A stretch of DNA of 64,000 bases from contig JANOTL010000075.1 of the NCBI GenBank assembly GCA_031416315.1, positions 1 to 64,000 of the forward strand. The letters are read 5' to 3'. Below, in pieces: positions 29,005-39,773 of the stretch (its first letter is position 1; each line of letters starts with the position of its first letter). The position numbers were made by a program, and so were the translations under genes. The notes below the pieces were generated by a model that did not search any database, had not been told where the DNA came from, and worked only from the letters and a program-made list of their open reading frames with translations. Source of the stretch: Pseudomonadota bacterium. GTDB taxonomy: Bacteria; Bdellovibrionota_B; Oligoflexia; Oligoflexales; CAIYRB01.

Positions 29005-29906
29005 AGCTTTCTCCCCGTCGGCCAATCGACGCGGAAGCCGAGCTGGCTCTCCACCCACGCGAAATAGAGGCGCTCGATGTGCCGATAAGTCGCGGTCGGT
29101 CGCGTGGTATACAACTTTTGTTTATCGATGCGGTTGATCGGCACGAGGCCGCGCACGGTCGAGCAGAGGAAGGCTTCGTCGAAGCGCGGGAGCTCGTCGG
29201 CGAAGATGATCTGCTCGCGCGCCGGGATTTTCGCGGCGTTGAGCAGGCTCAAGATCTTCTCCCGCGTGATGCCGAGGAGGATGCCGCTGGCGGCGGGCGG
29301 CGTCACGATCTCGACCAGATCGCCTTGGCGCGCGAGGAAGAAGACGTTGGCGATGCTCGACTCGCCGATCTCGCCTTCGGCGTTGGTCCAGAGGATGTCC
29401 TGGAAGCCCTCTTGCTGCGCGCGGTCGATGGCGACGACGCTCTGCTGGTAGTTCGCCGTCTTCGGCGCCGCGCCGCGCGCGGCACCGGCTTTCACCAGGC
29501 GCTTCAGCGCGAGCCCGTCCTCGTAGGTCTCTTTGGGCTCGGTTCCGGCCGGGAGGCAAAATGCGACGCGGTTCGGCCGCAAGTCCTTGGAGACCCGAAG
29601 CCCCATCCCTTCGCCGCGGGTGACCACGAAGCGGAGGCTGGCCTTGGGCGCCCCGACGGCCTCGGCCAGGGCGGAGAGCTCGAAGGCCAGCTCGGCGTCC
29701 GTCCAGGGGATGACCATGCCGACGGCCTCGGCCGAATCCCTGAGGCGGGCGAAGTGCCGAGGGGCGTCCAGAAGCTGGCCATGGAACGAGACAATGGTCT
29801 CGAAGATGGCGTCGGCAAAGAGGAATCCGCGATCCAACGGGGAAATCCGGGCGGCCTCGGGACGGCTCACCTGACCATTTACGGATATGAGCCCCTGGAA
29901 TTCCAT
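29001..29906 (-). CDS. PLP-dependent aminotransferase class IV (IlvE/Dat/PabC family)
   Basis: LDRGFLFADAIFET, KTANY, ESSIANVF, ILLGITR, DEAFLCST. Confidence 0.93.
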   Translation of the reverse strand: MEFQGLISVNGQVSRPEAARISPLDRGFLFADAIFETIVSFHGQLLDAPRHFARLRDSAEAVGMVIPWTDAELAFELSALAEAVGAPKASLRFVVTRGEGMGLRVSKDLRPNRVAFCLPAGTEPKETYEDGLALKRLVKAGAARGAAPKTANYQQSVVAIDRAQQEGFQDILWTNAEGEIGESSIANVFFLARQGDLVEIVTPPAASGILLGITREKILSLLNAAKIPAREQIIFADELPRFDEAFLCSTVRGLVPINRIDKQKLYTTRPTATYRHIERLYFAWVESQLGFRVDWPTGRKL

Positions 29907-29959
29907 AACGTTTCTATGGTAGAGAGTCGCGTCTTAATAAAAATGCAGGATCCGACTAA

Positions 29960-31390
29960 ATGATCACGCAAGATCTCGCCCCCGTCGAGCGCAAAGTGCA
30001 TCTGATCTCCCTTGGCTGCGCGCGTAACCGCGTCGACTCCGAGGTGATGCTCGGCACGATGATGGGCAAGGGCTGGAAGAGCGTCGATCTCCCCGAGGAC
30101 GCGGACGCCATCGTGGTCAACACGTGCGGCTTCATCGGGGCGGCCAAAGAGGAATCGATCGACACGATCCTCACCGCTGCCGAGCTGAAGAAGACGAAGC
30201 CGGGCATGCGGCTCGTCGTCACTGGCTGCCTCACGCAGCGCTACAAGACGCAGCTCGCCAAAGGCCTTCCGGAAGTCGACCTTTTCATCGGCACGGACGA
30301 GTTCACCCGCATCGGCGAGCTCCTCGACTCCGTCGAGGCGGGCCAGGAGCAGGGCTCGATCCACGCCAAGCGCACGCACTACCTCTACAATGAAGAGATG
30401 CCGCGCGTGAACACGTTGGCGAAGCACTCCGCCTACGTGAAGGTCGCCGAGGGCTGCCAGCACAACTGCGCCTTCTGCATCATTCCCGCGATCCGCGGCC
30501 GCTTGCGCTCGCGCCCAATCGCCAGCGTCGTCAAGGAAGTCGAGGCGCTGGTGGCGGACGGCGTGGTCGAGATCAACCTCATCGCCCAGGATCTCGCGGC
30601 CTACGGCAGAGACCGTAAAGACGCCGCCGATCTCTTCTCCCTCCTCAAGGCCCTGGTGAAGGTCGAGGGTCTGGAGTGGGTGCGCTGCCTCTACGTCTAT
30701 CCCGAGAACATCGACGACGCGCTTCTCGACTTCATCGCGCGCGAGCCGAAGATCGTCAAGTACCTCGACATCCCGGTGCAGCACGCCAGCGACGACGTCC
30801 TAAAGCGCATGAACCGCGGCGTCACGCGGGCCCAGCTCGAAGAGATCTTCTCGAAGATCCGCACGCGCATCCCCGACATGGCGATCCGCACCTCGGTGAT
30901 GGTCGGCTTCCCCGGCGAGACCGAGGCGGACTTCGAGGAGCTCCTCGACTTCGTCAAGACGCAGAAGATCCGGCACCTCGGCTGCTTCTCCTATTCGCAA
31001 GAAGAGGGCACGGTCGCTGGCCGCATGCAGGACCAGATCGACGAAGAGACGAAGGGCCGCCGCCAGGCGCTCGTGATGGAAGCTCAGCGCGACGTCTCGC
31101 GCGAGCTGATGCAGAGCTACGTCGGTAAAGTCCTCTCAGTCCTCGTCGAAGGCCCCAGCGACGAGAGCGATCTGCTGTGGCAGGGCCGCCTGTCCATCCA
31201 GGCGCCCGAGGTCGACGGCGTCGTCTATTTGAACGACGGCCCCGAAGGCGCCTTCACCGACTGCCTCCGCGGCACCATTCAGCAGGTCCGGATCAGTGAG
31301 TCCCACGACTACGACCTGGTCGGCGAGATCCTCGACAACCAGCCGCGAGCGTCAAGGCCTTCGACAGGCTTCGAAGCCAGAACCACCTGA
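29960..31390 (+). CDS. rimO: Ribosomal protein S12 methylthiotransferase
   Basis: SLGCARNRVDSE, VNTCGFI, EGCQHNCAFCIIP, APEVDG, TRAM domain. Confidence 0.97.
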   Translation: MITQDLAPVERKVHLISLGCARNRVDSEVMLGTMMGKGWKSVDLPEDADAIVVNTCGFIGAAKEESIDTILTAAELKKTKPGMRLVVTGCLTQRYKTQLAKGLPEVDLFIGTDEFTRIGELLDSVEAGQEQGSIHAKRTHYLYNEEMPRVNTLAKHSAYVKVAEGCQHNCAFCIIPAIRGRLRSRPIASVVKEVEALVADGVVEINLIAQDLAAYGRDRKDAADLFSLLKALVKVEGLEWVRCLYVYPENIDDALLDFIAREPKIVKYLDIPVQHASDDVLKRMNRGVTRAQLEEIFSKIRTRIPDMAIRTSVMVGFPGETEADFEELLDFVKTQKIRHLGCFSYSQEEGTVAGRMQDQIDEETKGRRQALVMEAQRDVSRELMQSYVGKVLSVLVEGPSDESDLLWQGRLSIQAPEVDGVVYLNDGPEGAFTDCLRGTIQQVRISESHDYDLVGEILDNQPRASRPSTGFEARTT

Positions 31391-31470
31391 TTCGACTAAG
31401 TAATTTTCTGGCCACGAGCTTGCAGGATCAATCGGAGAAACCCCATTTCTTCGCGTTGCCGCTGCCTGCT

Positions 31471-31498
31471 TCAAGCTGCCCGATTTTCTCGCCGATGA
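31471..31498 (+). promoter_or_regulatory. sigma28 (FliA)-like promoter
   Basis: TCAAG-N15-GCCGATGA. Confidence 0.7.
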
Positions 31499-31521
31499 AC
31501 CAATCGTAGGGAGAGCTCGGA

Positions 31522-32529
31522 ATGAAGGTCCTCACGCAAGTCGCCCTCGTCGCCCTTCTCGGCGGCTGCTCGGCCAACCCCGCGCTGGATGGCACGACCT
31601 CCCGGCTCCGCGCCGATGCTGACGCGACCGGCGCCAGCTTCGCGGTCGCGTTGATGAACGCTGCGAGCAACAAGGATCCCGAGGCCTATAAGCTCGTCGC
31701 CTACACGCCGAAGACGATCGACCCAGCGTCGGTGAAGTTCTGCTTCGACGTCGTCGCTAACTGCGGCCCGACCTCGACCGCGCAGTCCTTGGCCGGTGTC
31801 GCCCAGGACGTAAGCGGCACCAAGGTCTACCTGACCGAAAAGTTCGTGCGTCTCGCCGCGAACCTCAATATCACCGTCGTCGCCAAGGACACCACTGGCG
31901 CCGACGTGCTGCAGGGCATCAAAATCGTCGCGAAAGGCGCGCCCGGCGGCACAACGCCTCCCGGCGGCACGACGCCCCCCGGCGGCACGACGCCCCCCGG
32001 CGGCACGACGCCCCCCGGCGGCACGACGCCCCCCGGCGGCACGACGCCTCCCGGCGGCACGACGCCGCCTTCGGGCCCAACGCCTCCCGCGGCCGGCGAA
32101 TGCCACAAAGCTCCGGATGAGTTCACTTGCAAGGTCGAGCAGGAGATCCGCCGCTTGACCAACGACAAGATCGCGACCGAGGGCAAGAGCCCCCAAGCGT
32201 TTGATAAGAAGATGGGCTACGTCTCGCGCCTTTGGTCGGCCGAGCAGGCCCGCCTAGGCAACATTTCCCACGACTGGTTCTCCAACGGCACGTGGAAGCA
32301 GAAGTACACGGAAGAGTTCAACGAGCCGTCGCCGACCTCGGCCGAGAACGTCGCGATGACCGGCGGCGGCGGCAGCGACGCGACCGCGCTCGCGACGGAG
32401 TTCGTCGAGATGTGGTGGGCGAGCCCCGGTCACCACGCGAACATGGTCGGCGGCTATTCGCGCATCGGCGTCGGCGTGGCGAAGAGCGCCGACGGCGGCT
32501 GGTACGCGACGCAGAACTTCGCCAACTAG
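31522..32529 (+). CDS. CAP (SCP-like) domain lipoprotein with Pro/Gly/Thr linker
   Basis: Lipobox LGGC; ISHD, AENVA, WWASPGHHANM, IGVGVA...YATQNF. Confidence 0.9.
   Translation: MKVLTQVALVALLGGCSANPALDGTTSRLRADADATGASFAVALMNAASNKDPEAYKLVAYTPKTIDPASVKFCFDVVANCGPTSTAQSLAGVAQDVSGTKVYLTEKFVRLAANLNITVVAKDTTGADVLQGIKIVAKGAPGGTTPPGGTTPPGGTTPPGGTTPPGGTTPPGGTTPPGGTTPPSGPTPPAAGECHKAPDEFTCKVEQEIRRLTNDKIATEGKSPQAFDKKMGYVSRLWSAEQARLGNISHDWFSNGTWKQKYTEEFNEPSPTSAENVAMTGGGGSDATALATEFVEMWWASPGHHANMVGGYSRIGVGVAKSADGGWYATQNFAN
31942..32067 (+). repeat. Intragenic 18-bp tandem repeat x7 (PGGTTP)
   Basis: CCCGGCGGCACGACGCC(C/T/G) repeated seven times. Confidence 0.95.
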
Positions 32530-32765
32530 TCGATAACCGCATGGGCCTTGACGCGCGTCGCTACCCTGCGCGCCGCGCGTCGGACGCGCTGCTCCGGTAC
32601 GCGGCACGCATCGAGACCCATGACTAACGGCCCGAGGGCCCGAGCCTCCGGCCCCTGAACAAGACTCGGTCTCTTCGACCAAGTACTCTTTGAGCGCGCT
32701 CGACCGCTTCGACGTGAAATGAGAGGCGCCGAAACGGTCGCGCTGCCGCCGAGAGCTTAGCGCCG

Positions 32766-34190
32766 CTAAGGCTGGCAGCCCGGCGCCGAGTTCGGGATCG
32801 AGCCGACCGCATAGAGCACTTCGACGTACGAGGACTTAGGAACGCGCGTGCCGACGAAGCTCGCCCCGGTTCCGGTTTCGAAGGCGAGCGCATGATACCT
32901 CCTCAGGCTCTCCACCTGAGTGTTGCAGCGGATCTGGCCGTTCGTCGGCCCGGCGTCGTTGTCACCGATGGCGGTGCCGGTGACGTCGGCACCGATGAGG
33001 ATCCCGCCTTGCGTGTTGCTGACGACGTTGCCCACGACGGTGCCGTTGACGATGCGACTCGCCTCGTACCAGGCGCGCGATCCGACGTAGAGCCCGTAGC
33101 CGCAAGCGGCCTTCGCGCCGCAGTCGACGACGTTGTCCCGTATAACACTGCCGTCGTAGCGCCCGCTCGTCGTCAAGCCGAACGCCTGAATCATGATGGC
33201 GGCGAAAGCCCCCATCTCGTAAGAGCCGCCGTGCGTCACGGTATTCCGCTCGATCACGCAGTTTTGGCAGCCGCCGAAGATCAAGTCCACGTCGGTATTG
33301 TCGTGGAAGCGGTTGCCGACGAAACGGCCGCCGGAGACGTCGTGGACCGTAAGGCCATCGGCCCAGCCCTGCGCGACCGCGTGCAGCCCGTTGCGCACGA
33401 AGTCGGAGTCGGAGACGTTGATGCGCTCGTTGACGCCCGCGACCTCGAGCCCCGTGCCGCACGGCGCGAGCTTCGACGTGCTGGAAACGAAGGCGCAGTC
33501 GGGGCAGGCGATCATCCGCGCGTTGAAGCCCGCGGTACGACGCACGGGGTCGCCGGTGTGGCACTCGGCCAGCGCCTGGGCGCGGGCGGGAAGATTGCCG
33601 TTCAGGACCAAGTGATCGATAACGATCTTCGGCCCGCTCACGAGCAGGAGGCCGTAGGGAGTGACGAGCGTCGGCGCCGCGATCAGCTCGGCGCAGCCGT
33701 GAGCGTCGGTCCCGCCGCAGGCGCTCGTGCCGAGGCGGGCCGCGGTCGTGATGGTCATCGGCCGCGTCAGATCCAGGCGCGCGGCGATCGTGTAGCGCCC
33801 CGCTGGAAGCTCGAGCAGGGCACCGTCCGGCGTCGCCGCGACACAAGCCGCGAGGACGGCTGAGGCGTCCTGTGCGGTACCGTCGAGGGGAACGAGCTGG
33901 CTGCAGACGTTTTTCGGCGCGGTCTGCGCGTCGGGGACCGCCGGGGAGTTTGGCGACGGCGCCGGAGTTGTGGGCGAGCCCGCCGCGACCGGCCCACCCG
34001 ATCCGGACCCGGACCCCGCCGCCGGGCGCGCCGTCGAGCCGGAGCCTTTCTCCTCGACCGAGCCGTCGCCGTCGTCCGCTGCTTTGCTGCCGCTTCCGAC
34101 GCCGTTGCCCGCTTTTGCGTCGACGGTTTTGGCGCCGCTGCCGCATCCGGGGAGAATCGAGAGGACGAGCGCTAGCACGAGTCGTCGCAT
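32766..34190 (-). CDS. Right-handed parallel beta-helix lipoprotein (pectin-lyase-like fold)
   Basis: Lipobox LPGC; low-complexity linker; LPAGRYTI and repeated N-x-V/F beta-helix turns. Start at 34190 or 34196 rather than 34472. Confidence 0.82.
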   Translation of the reverse strand: MRRLVLALVLSILPGCGSGAKTVDAKAGNGVGSGSKAADDGDGSVEEKGSGSTARPAAGSGSGSGGPVAAGSPTTPAPSPNSPAVPDAQTAPKNVCSQLVPLDGTAQDASAVLAACVAATPDGALLELPAGRYTIAARLDLTRPMTITTAARLGTSACGGTDAHGCAELIAAPTLVTPYGLLLVSGPKIVIDHLVLNGNLPARAQALAECHTGDPVRRTAGFNARMIACPDCAFVSSTSKLAPCGTGLEVAGVNERINVSDSDFVRNGLHAVAQGWADGLTVHDVSGGRFVGNRFHDNTDVDLIFGGCQNCVIERNTVTHGGSYEMGAFAAIMIQAFGLTTSGRYDGSVIRDNVVDCGAKAACGYGLYVGSRAWYEASRIVNGTVVGNVVSNTQGGILIGADVTGTAIGDNDAGPTNGQIRCNTQVESLRRYHALAFETGTGASFVGTRVPKSSYVEVLYAVGSIPNSAPGCQP

Positions 34191-34353
34191 GGGCATTCTC
34201 CCGCTGAGGCTCCCCCTCATCGGCAGAATCCCGCCAAAGCCGTGGTCGCCGAGGCGGTTGAGGGCGAATTCCGCCGTCCCTTCCGTGCCTTGGGCCCGTA
34301 AATTCAACGCCGAAACGGTCGCGCGCGCACCGCGGATTTGATACTCACGGGGC

Positions 34354-36939
34354 ATGACGACCGACCCCCAGAATTTCCCGTTGGCCCGCCGCCTCCCCGA
34401 GCGCGGCGCGCCTTTTGACTCCGGCTCCCTCCTCGACCTCTTTCTCGAGTACGTCACGGAGAAAGGGCTCACCCTCTATCCGGCGCAGGAGGAAGCGATC
34501 CTCGCCCTCTACGAGGGGCAGAACGTCATCCTCAACACGCCGACCGGCTCAGGGAAATCGCTGGTCGCGACGGCCTTGCACTTTCACTCGCTCGCGCACG
34601 GCCGGCGCAGCTACTACACGTGCCCGATCAAGGCGCTGGTGAACGAAAAGTTCCTCGCGCTCTGTCAGGACTTCGGCCCCGACCACGTCGGCATGGTCAC
34701 CGGCGACGCGACGGTCAACGGCAACGCGCCGATCATCTGCTGCACGGCGGAGATCCTATCGAATTTGAGTTTGCGCGAGGGCGCGCGGGCGCCGGTCGAC
34801 GACGTGATCATGGACGAGTTCCACTACTACTCCGACCGCGAGCGCGGCGTCGCTTGGCAGGTGCCGTTTTTGACCCTGCCGAAAGCGCGCTTCATGCTGA
34901 TGTCGGCTACGCTCGGCGACATGAGCTTCTTCGAGGCCGAGCTGACCAAGCGCACCAGCCGCGACACGGCCTACGTGCGCTCGGTCGACCGGCCCGTGCC
35001 TCTGACCTTCGTCTACCAGGAGACGCCGCTGCACGAGACGGTGCAGGACCTGGTGAAGACCGGCAAGGCGCCCGTCTACCTCGTCTGCTTCACGCAGCGC
35101 GAGGCGGCCGAGGAAGCGCAGAACCTCCTCTCCGTCGAGCTCTGCACGAAAGAGGACAAGCAGCGGATCGCTGCCGCGTTGGAAGGTGTGCGGTTCACGA
35201 GCCTCTTCGGCAAGGACGTCCAGAAGCTGGTGAAGCACGGCGTCGGCCTCCATCACGCTGGGCTTTTGCCGCGTTACCGGCTCCTCGTCGAGAGGCTGGC
35301 GCAAAAGGGCCTCCTGAAGGTCATCTGCGGCACCGACACCCTGGGCGTCGGCGTCAACATCCCGATCCGCACCGTGCTCTTCACCAAGCTGTGCAAGTAC
35401 GACGGCGAGAAGACGGGCCTCCTCTCGGTCCGCGACTTCCAGCAGATCGCCGGCCGCGCCGGGCGCAAGGGCTTCGACGACCAGGGCCTCGTGGTGGCGC
35501 AGGCCCCCGAGCACGTCATCGAGAATCTGCGCATGGAGCAAAAGGCCCTCTCGGACCCGAAAAAAGCCAAGAAGATGGTGCGGAAGAAGCCCCCCGAGAA
35601 GGGCTTCGTGATGTGGACGAAGGATACCTTCGAGAAGCTCATCAGCTCGGCCCCCGAGCCGCTTCAGTCGCGCTTCTCCGTCTCCCACGGCATGCTCCTC
35701 AACGTGATCTCGCGCCCGGGCAAGCCGGGCGAAAGCTGCGCCGCGATGCGCCAGTTGATCCGCGACTCGCACGACACGCCGGTCGCGAAGCAAAGGCACG
35801 GGAAGCTCGCCTTCCAGATGTTCCGCTCGCTCGCCACCCGCGGCATCATCGAGTTCGTCGACGAAGGCGCGAAGAAAAAGGGCCTGCGCGTCAATTTGAA
35901 CCTGCAGGACGACTTCTCGCTCCACCATGCGCTCTCGCTCTACCTCGTCGACACGGTCAAGCTCTGCGACCCGTACAGCCCGAGCTACGCTTTGGACATC
36001 GTCACGCTCGCCGAGGCGATCATCGAGAATCCGGACTTGATCTTGCGCAAGCAGCTCGACGTGGTGAAGACGCGCCGCATGTTCGAGATGAAGGCGGAAG
36101 GCATCGAGTACGACGAGCGCATCGCCGAGCTGGAGAAGCTCGAGTACCCGAAGCCGAACCGCGAGTTCATCTACGAGAGCTTCAACCAGTTTGCGGCCAA
36201 GCACCCCTGGATCGGCCAGGAGAACATCCGACCGAAGTCGATCGCGCGCGAGATGTACGAGAACTTCATGAGCTTCCAGGAGTACGTGCGCGAGTACGAG
36301 CTTCAGCGCTCGGAAGGCTTGCTCCTGCGCTATCTCTCCGAAGTTTACAAGGTCGTCGTGCAGACCGTGCCGAGCGCCGCGAAAGACGAGGAGATGGAGT
36401 CGATCGTCGCCTACTTCGGCGGCATCGTCCGCCAGGTCGACTCCACCCTGCTCGACGAGTGGGAGAAACTGAGAAACCCCGGAGCCAGGACCTCCGCGCC
36501 GGCCGCCGAAGATCCCGACGCCGACATGGAGAAGCGCGAGAAGCTGGACATCACGAAGAACCCGCGCGAGTTCACCATCCTGGTACGCAACGAGGTGTTC
36601 CAATACGTGAAGTTCTTGAGCTGGGGACGGATCGACCTTCTCGGCGAGCACGTGCGCGACGCGGACGCGCTTCCCGCCTTGACGCCGGATCAGCTGAAGG
36701 AGCGGCTCGCGACCTATCACGAGGACCATCGCGGGCCCTTGCTCGATCGTACGGCGCGGCATACGCAGCACCTCAAGGTCGAGACCGACGCCGAGAACGC
36801 GGAGCTCTGGAATTTGACGCAGACCCTGCTGGACGAGGACGGGCACAACGACTGGTGTCTCGAGCTCACGGCCGACCTCGCGGCATCGCGAGCGGCCGGG
36901 CGGGCGGTGGTGCGCCTGCGGGATTTCCGCGCTATTTGA
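34354..36939 (+). CDS. Ski2/HelY-like DEAD/DEAH-box helicase with DUF3516-like C-terminus
   Basis: [35 protein letters not shown]. Confidence 0.92.
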   Translation: MTTDPQNFPLARRLPERGAPFDSGSLLDLFLEYVTEKGLTLYPAQEEAILALYEGQNVILNTPTGSGKSLVATALHFHSLAHGRRSYYTCPIKALVNEKFLALCQDFGPDHVGMVTGDATVNGNAPIICCTAEILSNLSLREGARAPVDDVIMDEFHYYSDRERGVAWQVPFLTLPKARFMLMSATLGDMSFFEAELTKRTSRDTAYVRSVDRPVPLTFVYQETPLHETVQDLVKTGKAPVYLVCFTQREAAEEAQNLLSVELCTKEDKQRIAAALEGVRFTSLFGKDVQKLVKHGVGLHHAGLLPRYRLLVERLAQKGLLKVICGTDTLGVGVNIPIRTVLFTKLCKYDGEKTGLLSVRDFQQIAGRAGRKGFDDQGLVVAQAPEHVIENLRMEQKALSDPKKAKKMVRKKPPEKGFVMWTKDTFEKLISSAPEPLQSRFSVSHGMLLNVISRPGKPGESCAAMRQLIRDSHDTPVAKQRHGKLAFQMFRSLATRGIIEFVDEGAKKKGLRVNLNLQDDFSLHHALSLYLVDTVKLCDPYSPSYALDIVTLAEAIIENPDLILRKQLDVVKTRRMFEMKAEGIEYDERIAELEKLEYPKPNREFIYESFNQFAAKHPWIGQENIRPKSIAREMYENFMSFQEYVREYELQRSEGLLLRYLSEVYKVVVQTVPSAAKDEEMESIVAYFGGIVRQVDSTLLDEWEKLRNPGARTSAPAAEDPDADMEKREKLDITKNPREFTILVRNEVFQYVKFLSWGRIDLLGEHVRDADALPALTPDQLKERLATYHEDHRGPLLDRTARHTQHLKVETDAENAELWNLTQTLLDEDGHNDWCLELTADLAASRAAGRAVVRLRDFRAI

Positions 36940-38683
36940 GGCAGGCTTCCAGGTCCTCGTCGCGCAGGACCCGCGTGGCGCCGGTCAGCGCCAGGTGGTT
37001 GTTGTCGCGGTAGAGGATCGCGCCGTCCATCGCCGTACGGCAGAGCCCGTCCGGGCAAATGCGGCTCGTCAAGTCGACCGTCGTGACCTCGGGGAATAGG
37101 GCGCCCGTCGCGATCACGGCGGCGTTGACGCGCGCGAAGTCCGGCCCGGCGTCGGCAAGCGGGATCTCGCAGTCATCACCGTATTTCAGCCGTTTCAAGA
37201 GGCCGCCGAGGATGCGGCGCGAATGGCACAGCGAGACGTCGAACGGGAATCCGGGGGCATCGCCGATCAAGACGACCCCGCGCCCCAGCTCGCGCAGGCT
37301 GCGCAGCGTCTCGCTGAGCGCGGTGCGCAGCTCGGGCGTGCCCACGTTTACGGAGTCCCACTTCCCGGCGAGAACGATGCAGCGAAACTCCGGCCGATGG
37401 GTGAGCTCTTCGCGCAAGGCGAGGTTGCGTCGGTTGCAGGCTGGATCGACGGGCAAGCGGGCGAACAAGGGGCGGCAGGCCGATTGCACGTGCTGCGCGG
37501 ACCCGACGCCGCGGCGCGTAGCGATCGCCGCGATTGCCGGCGCAACGGCGTCGGCGTGCGAATCGCCAAGGATCAGCAGGCGAACGGGTGAGCTGGGTCC
37601 GGTCTCGCATTTCCGCGCCAATGAGCCCTCGAGCCCGGATTTGACGTCGCCGAAAATGCAGCGGAAACCCGGCGGCCGGGAATCTGCGTAGGCCTCACGT
37701 TGCATCGGCGTCAGGCGCTCGGGGAAGCCTTCGAACCGTACCAGGAGGACGCCCAAGACCGCCACGCCGGCGGCGCCGATGCCCAGCGTGCGCAGCCGTA
37801 TCGTGCGGCCCGGCTCCTCGACGAAGCGCCAAGCGAGGTAAGCGAGCGCGAGCGAAGATCCCGCCGCCGCCGCATTCAACAGCGGCGTGTCGAGGGTGTT
37901 GCGCGCGTTCAGCCATCGACAGAACACGAGCGTCGGCCAATGCCAAAGATAGAGCGAATAGGAAATGCGGCCCACGGCGACGAGCGGGCGCACGGACAGG
38001 CCGCGCGCGAGCGGAGCATACGCACGCGCTAGCCAAGGGCGCTCGCGCCACGCGGTGCGGAAACTTTCTTGCGCGAGTAGAGCGCCGAGCCCCAGCTCCC
38101 ATGCGCGACCAGGGAGGAGGTAGAACGCGTCCGTGGGCGCGTGCGTCTGTTGCCAGAGCCTAAGCCCGAGGCTCATGGCGACCACCGTCGCGATCGAGGC
38201 GAGCGGCGCTCTACGCCAAAAAAACAGCAGAAACGCCGGCCAAATCAGGTAGAACTGCTCCTCGATGCCCAAAGACCAGGTCATCAGCAGCGGGTTCAGC
38301 TCGTTGTTCACCGAGAAGTAGCCGCCCGGAAGGCCTGCCATCGCGACGTTCGCCGCTGACAGGAGAGTGGCGAGCATGAGCCGCCCCAGGTGCATCAGGT
38401 CCCACGCGCGCATCGTCGCTAGGCCGCCGAGGCCGGCGGCGAGGAGGACGGCCAGGAGATTCGGCAGGATCCGCCGCGCACGCCGTGCGTAGAAGCGTCG
38501 GAACGAGAACGTCCCCGCACGCAGCTCGTCCTGGATGATCGTCGTGATCAGATAGCCGCTGATCACGAAAAAAAGGTCGACGCCGTAGTAGCCGCGGCCG
38601 AAATAGGGCGCCTTGAAGTGGTAGAGGCAAACGGCGAGTACCGCGATCCCCCGCATTCCGTCGATGTCTGGGCGCCGCTCCAA
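36932..38683 (-). CDS. Acyltransferase-3 + SGNH O-acetyltransferase (OafA/OatA-like)
   Basis: [55 protein letters not shown]. Confidence 0.92.
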   Translation of the reverse strand: MERRPDIDGMRGIAVLAVCLYHFKAPYFGRGYYGVDLFFVISGYLITTIIQDELRAGTFSFRRFYARRARRILPNLLAVLLAAGLGGLATMRAWDLMHLGRLMLATLLSAANVAMAGLPGGYFSVNNELNPLLMTWSLGIEEQFYLIWPAFLLFFWRRAPLASIATVVAMSLGLRLWQQTHAPTDAFYLLPGRAWELGLGALLAQESFRTAWRERPWLARAYAPLARGLSVRPLVAVGRISYSLYLWHWPTLVFCRWLNARNTLDTPLLNAAAAGSSLALAYLAWRFVEEPGRTIRLRTLGIGAAGVAVLGVLLVRFEGFPERLTPMQREAYADSRPPGFRCIFGDVKSGLEGSLARKCETGPSSPVRLLILGDSHADAVAPAIAAIATRRGVGSAQHVQSACRPLFARLPVDPACNRRNLALREELTHRPEFRCIVLAGKWDSVNVGTPELRTALSETLRSLRELGRGVVLIGDAPGFPFDVSLCHSRRILGGLLKRLKYGDDCEIPLADAGPDFARVNAAVIATGALFPEVTTVDLTSRICPDGLCRTAMDGAILYRDNNHLALTGATRVLRDEDLEACLK

Positions 38684-38684
38684 A

Positions 38685-39026
38685 CTAAGGTCGACCTCGA
38701 GCCATGGTCGTGAGCGCGCGCTCCCGCACCGCCCCCCGGTTCGCGCGGGAGACGCTCAGCTCCAGGCCGTTCACGAGCCGCACCCGCATCCTCGGCCCGC
38801 CCTGCGCGGAGCGGACGGCGCTTTCGCGCACCAGCGTGTTGCGGTGCAGGCGCTTGAAGACCTTCGGATCGAGATGCGCCTCGAGGCGGTTCAGCGAGAG
38901 CTCGATTCGGTGCTCGGCATCCTTGGTGATGACGCAGGTGAAGTGGTCGCGGCTCGTGAAGCAGAGGATCTCGGACTCGTGCAGGACGATGAGCTCGCGA
39001 CCGCGGCGGACGGTGATGCGGTCCAA
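38685..39026 (-). CDS. LytTR DNA-binding domain protein lacking a receiver domain
   Basis: SLNRLEAHLDPKVFKRLHRNTLV...LELSVSR; TTG start uncertain. Confidence 0.8.
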   Translation of the reverse strand: MDRITVRRGRELIVLHESEILCFTSRDHFTCVITKDAEHRIELSLNRLEAHLDPKVFKRLHRNTLVRESAVRSAQGGPRMRVRLVNGLELSVSRANRGAVRERALTTMARGRP

Positions 39027-39122
39027 GGGGCACGCGCCGCGCGCGGCCTCGGCGCGCGTGGTGCGGCTCAGGGCTCGCGCCAGCGCTTTGTAGATACGCG
39101 CGCTCGTGGTGGCGCCCTTAGC

Positions 39123-39533
39123 TCAAAATTGCAGTAGCGACACGCCACTCTCGACGCTAGTCACGCCCCCGCGCTTCGGATCGAAGCTCGGGCGCAGCAC
39201 GATGCGTCCAGGGGGCAAAGACTGGCCGTCCGCCAAGAGCGACCCGCCGGCGGGGTCGTTTACGGAGCCGAAGGCCGGAGCAAAGATGATATAGGAGCCG
39301 AGGACGCTGCCGCCGAGGAAGCCTAGGGAGGCGCCCATGGCGACGTTGCGGAGTTCCTCCGTCGGGTATTTCGCGAAGGCGAGGGTCGCGGCGCCGAGCG
39401 CGGCCCCGAAGGCGGTGCAGTAGCCGGCGGTGACGAAGAGGTCCTGGAACTTCTCTTCCGTCGACTGCGCCGAGGCCGCCTTCGGGACGAGGAAGCTCGC
39501 GACCAAGCTCAGGGCGGCGGCGGTGGAACGCAT
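39123..39533 (-). CDS. Hypothetical exported/membrane protein
   Basis: SD AAGGAG, signal peptide, Gly-zipper-like helices, C-terminal Phe; TATAAT on the minus strand at 39566-39561. Confidence 0.8.
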   Translation of the reverse strand: MRSTAAALSLVASFLVPKAASAQSTEEKFQDLFVTAGYCTAFGAALGAATLAFAKYPTEELRNVAMGASLGFLGGSVLGSYIIFAPAFGSVNDPAGGSLLADGQSLPPGRIVLRPSFDPKRGGVTSVESGVSLLQF

Positions 39534-39638
39534 CGTGGACTCCTTGCGTATTTGTTAGACATTATACCCAGGCTTCACGGTCCCCGCCAAAGCTCAATAT
39601 CCCAAGCAAAAACCGCCGATTTCCGCCCGACGCCGGCG

Positions 39639-39667
39639 TTGACAAATGGCCTTCGTTGCACTAAGAC
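39639..39667 (+). promoter_or_regulatory. sigma70-like promoter of rho
   Basis: TTGACA-N17-TAAGAC. Confidence 0.5.
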
Positions 39668-39773
39668 CGGATTCTAAACATCGTGCTTCCGTAGTCAGTT
39701 CTAGCCGCCGTCGGCCCAGCCAATAGCTCATTCCAAAAAAAATCCCACCTCATCGAAGCGAGCCAGAGATCCC

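Noticed and set aside
31942..32067. Possible CRISPR array
   Set aside because: Contiguous 18-bp in-frame repeats with no spacers and no cas genes nearby.
32530..32765. 236-bp gap between convergent genes with short palindromes and tiny ORFs
   Set aside because: No convincing coding signal, RNA family or repeat-family match; may be a decayed fragment but cannot be supported.
34354..36939. Helicase as part of an anti-phage defence system
   Set aside because: Stand-alone HelY/DUF3516-like helicase with genome-typical codon usage and no adjacent defence genes.
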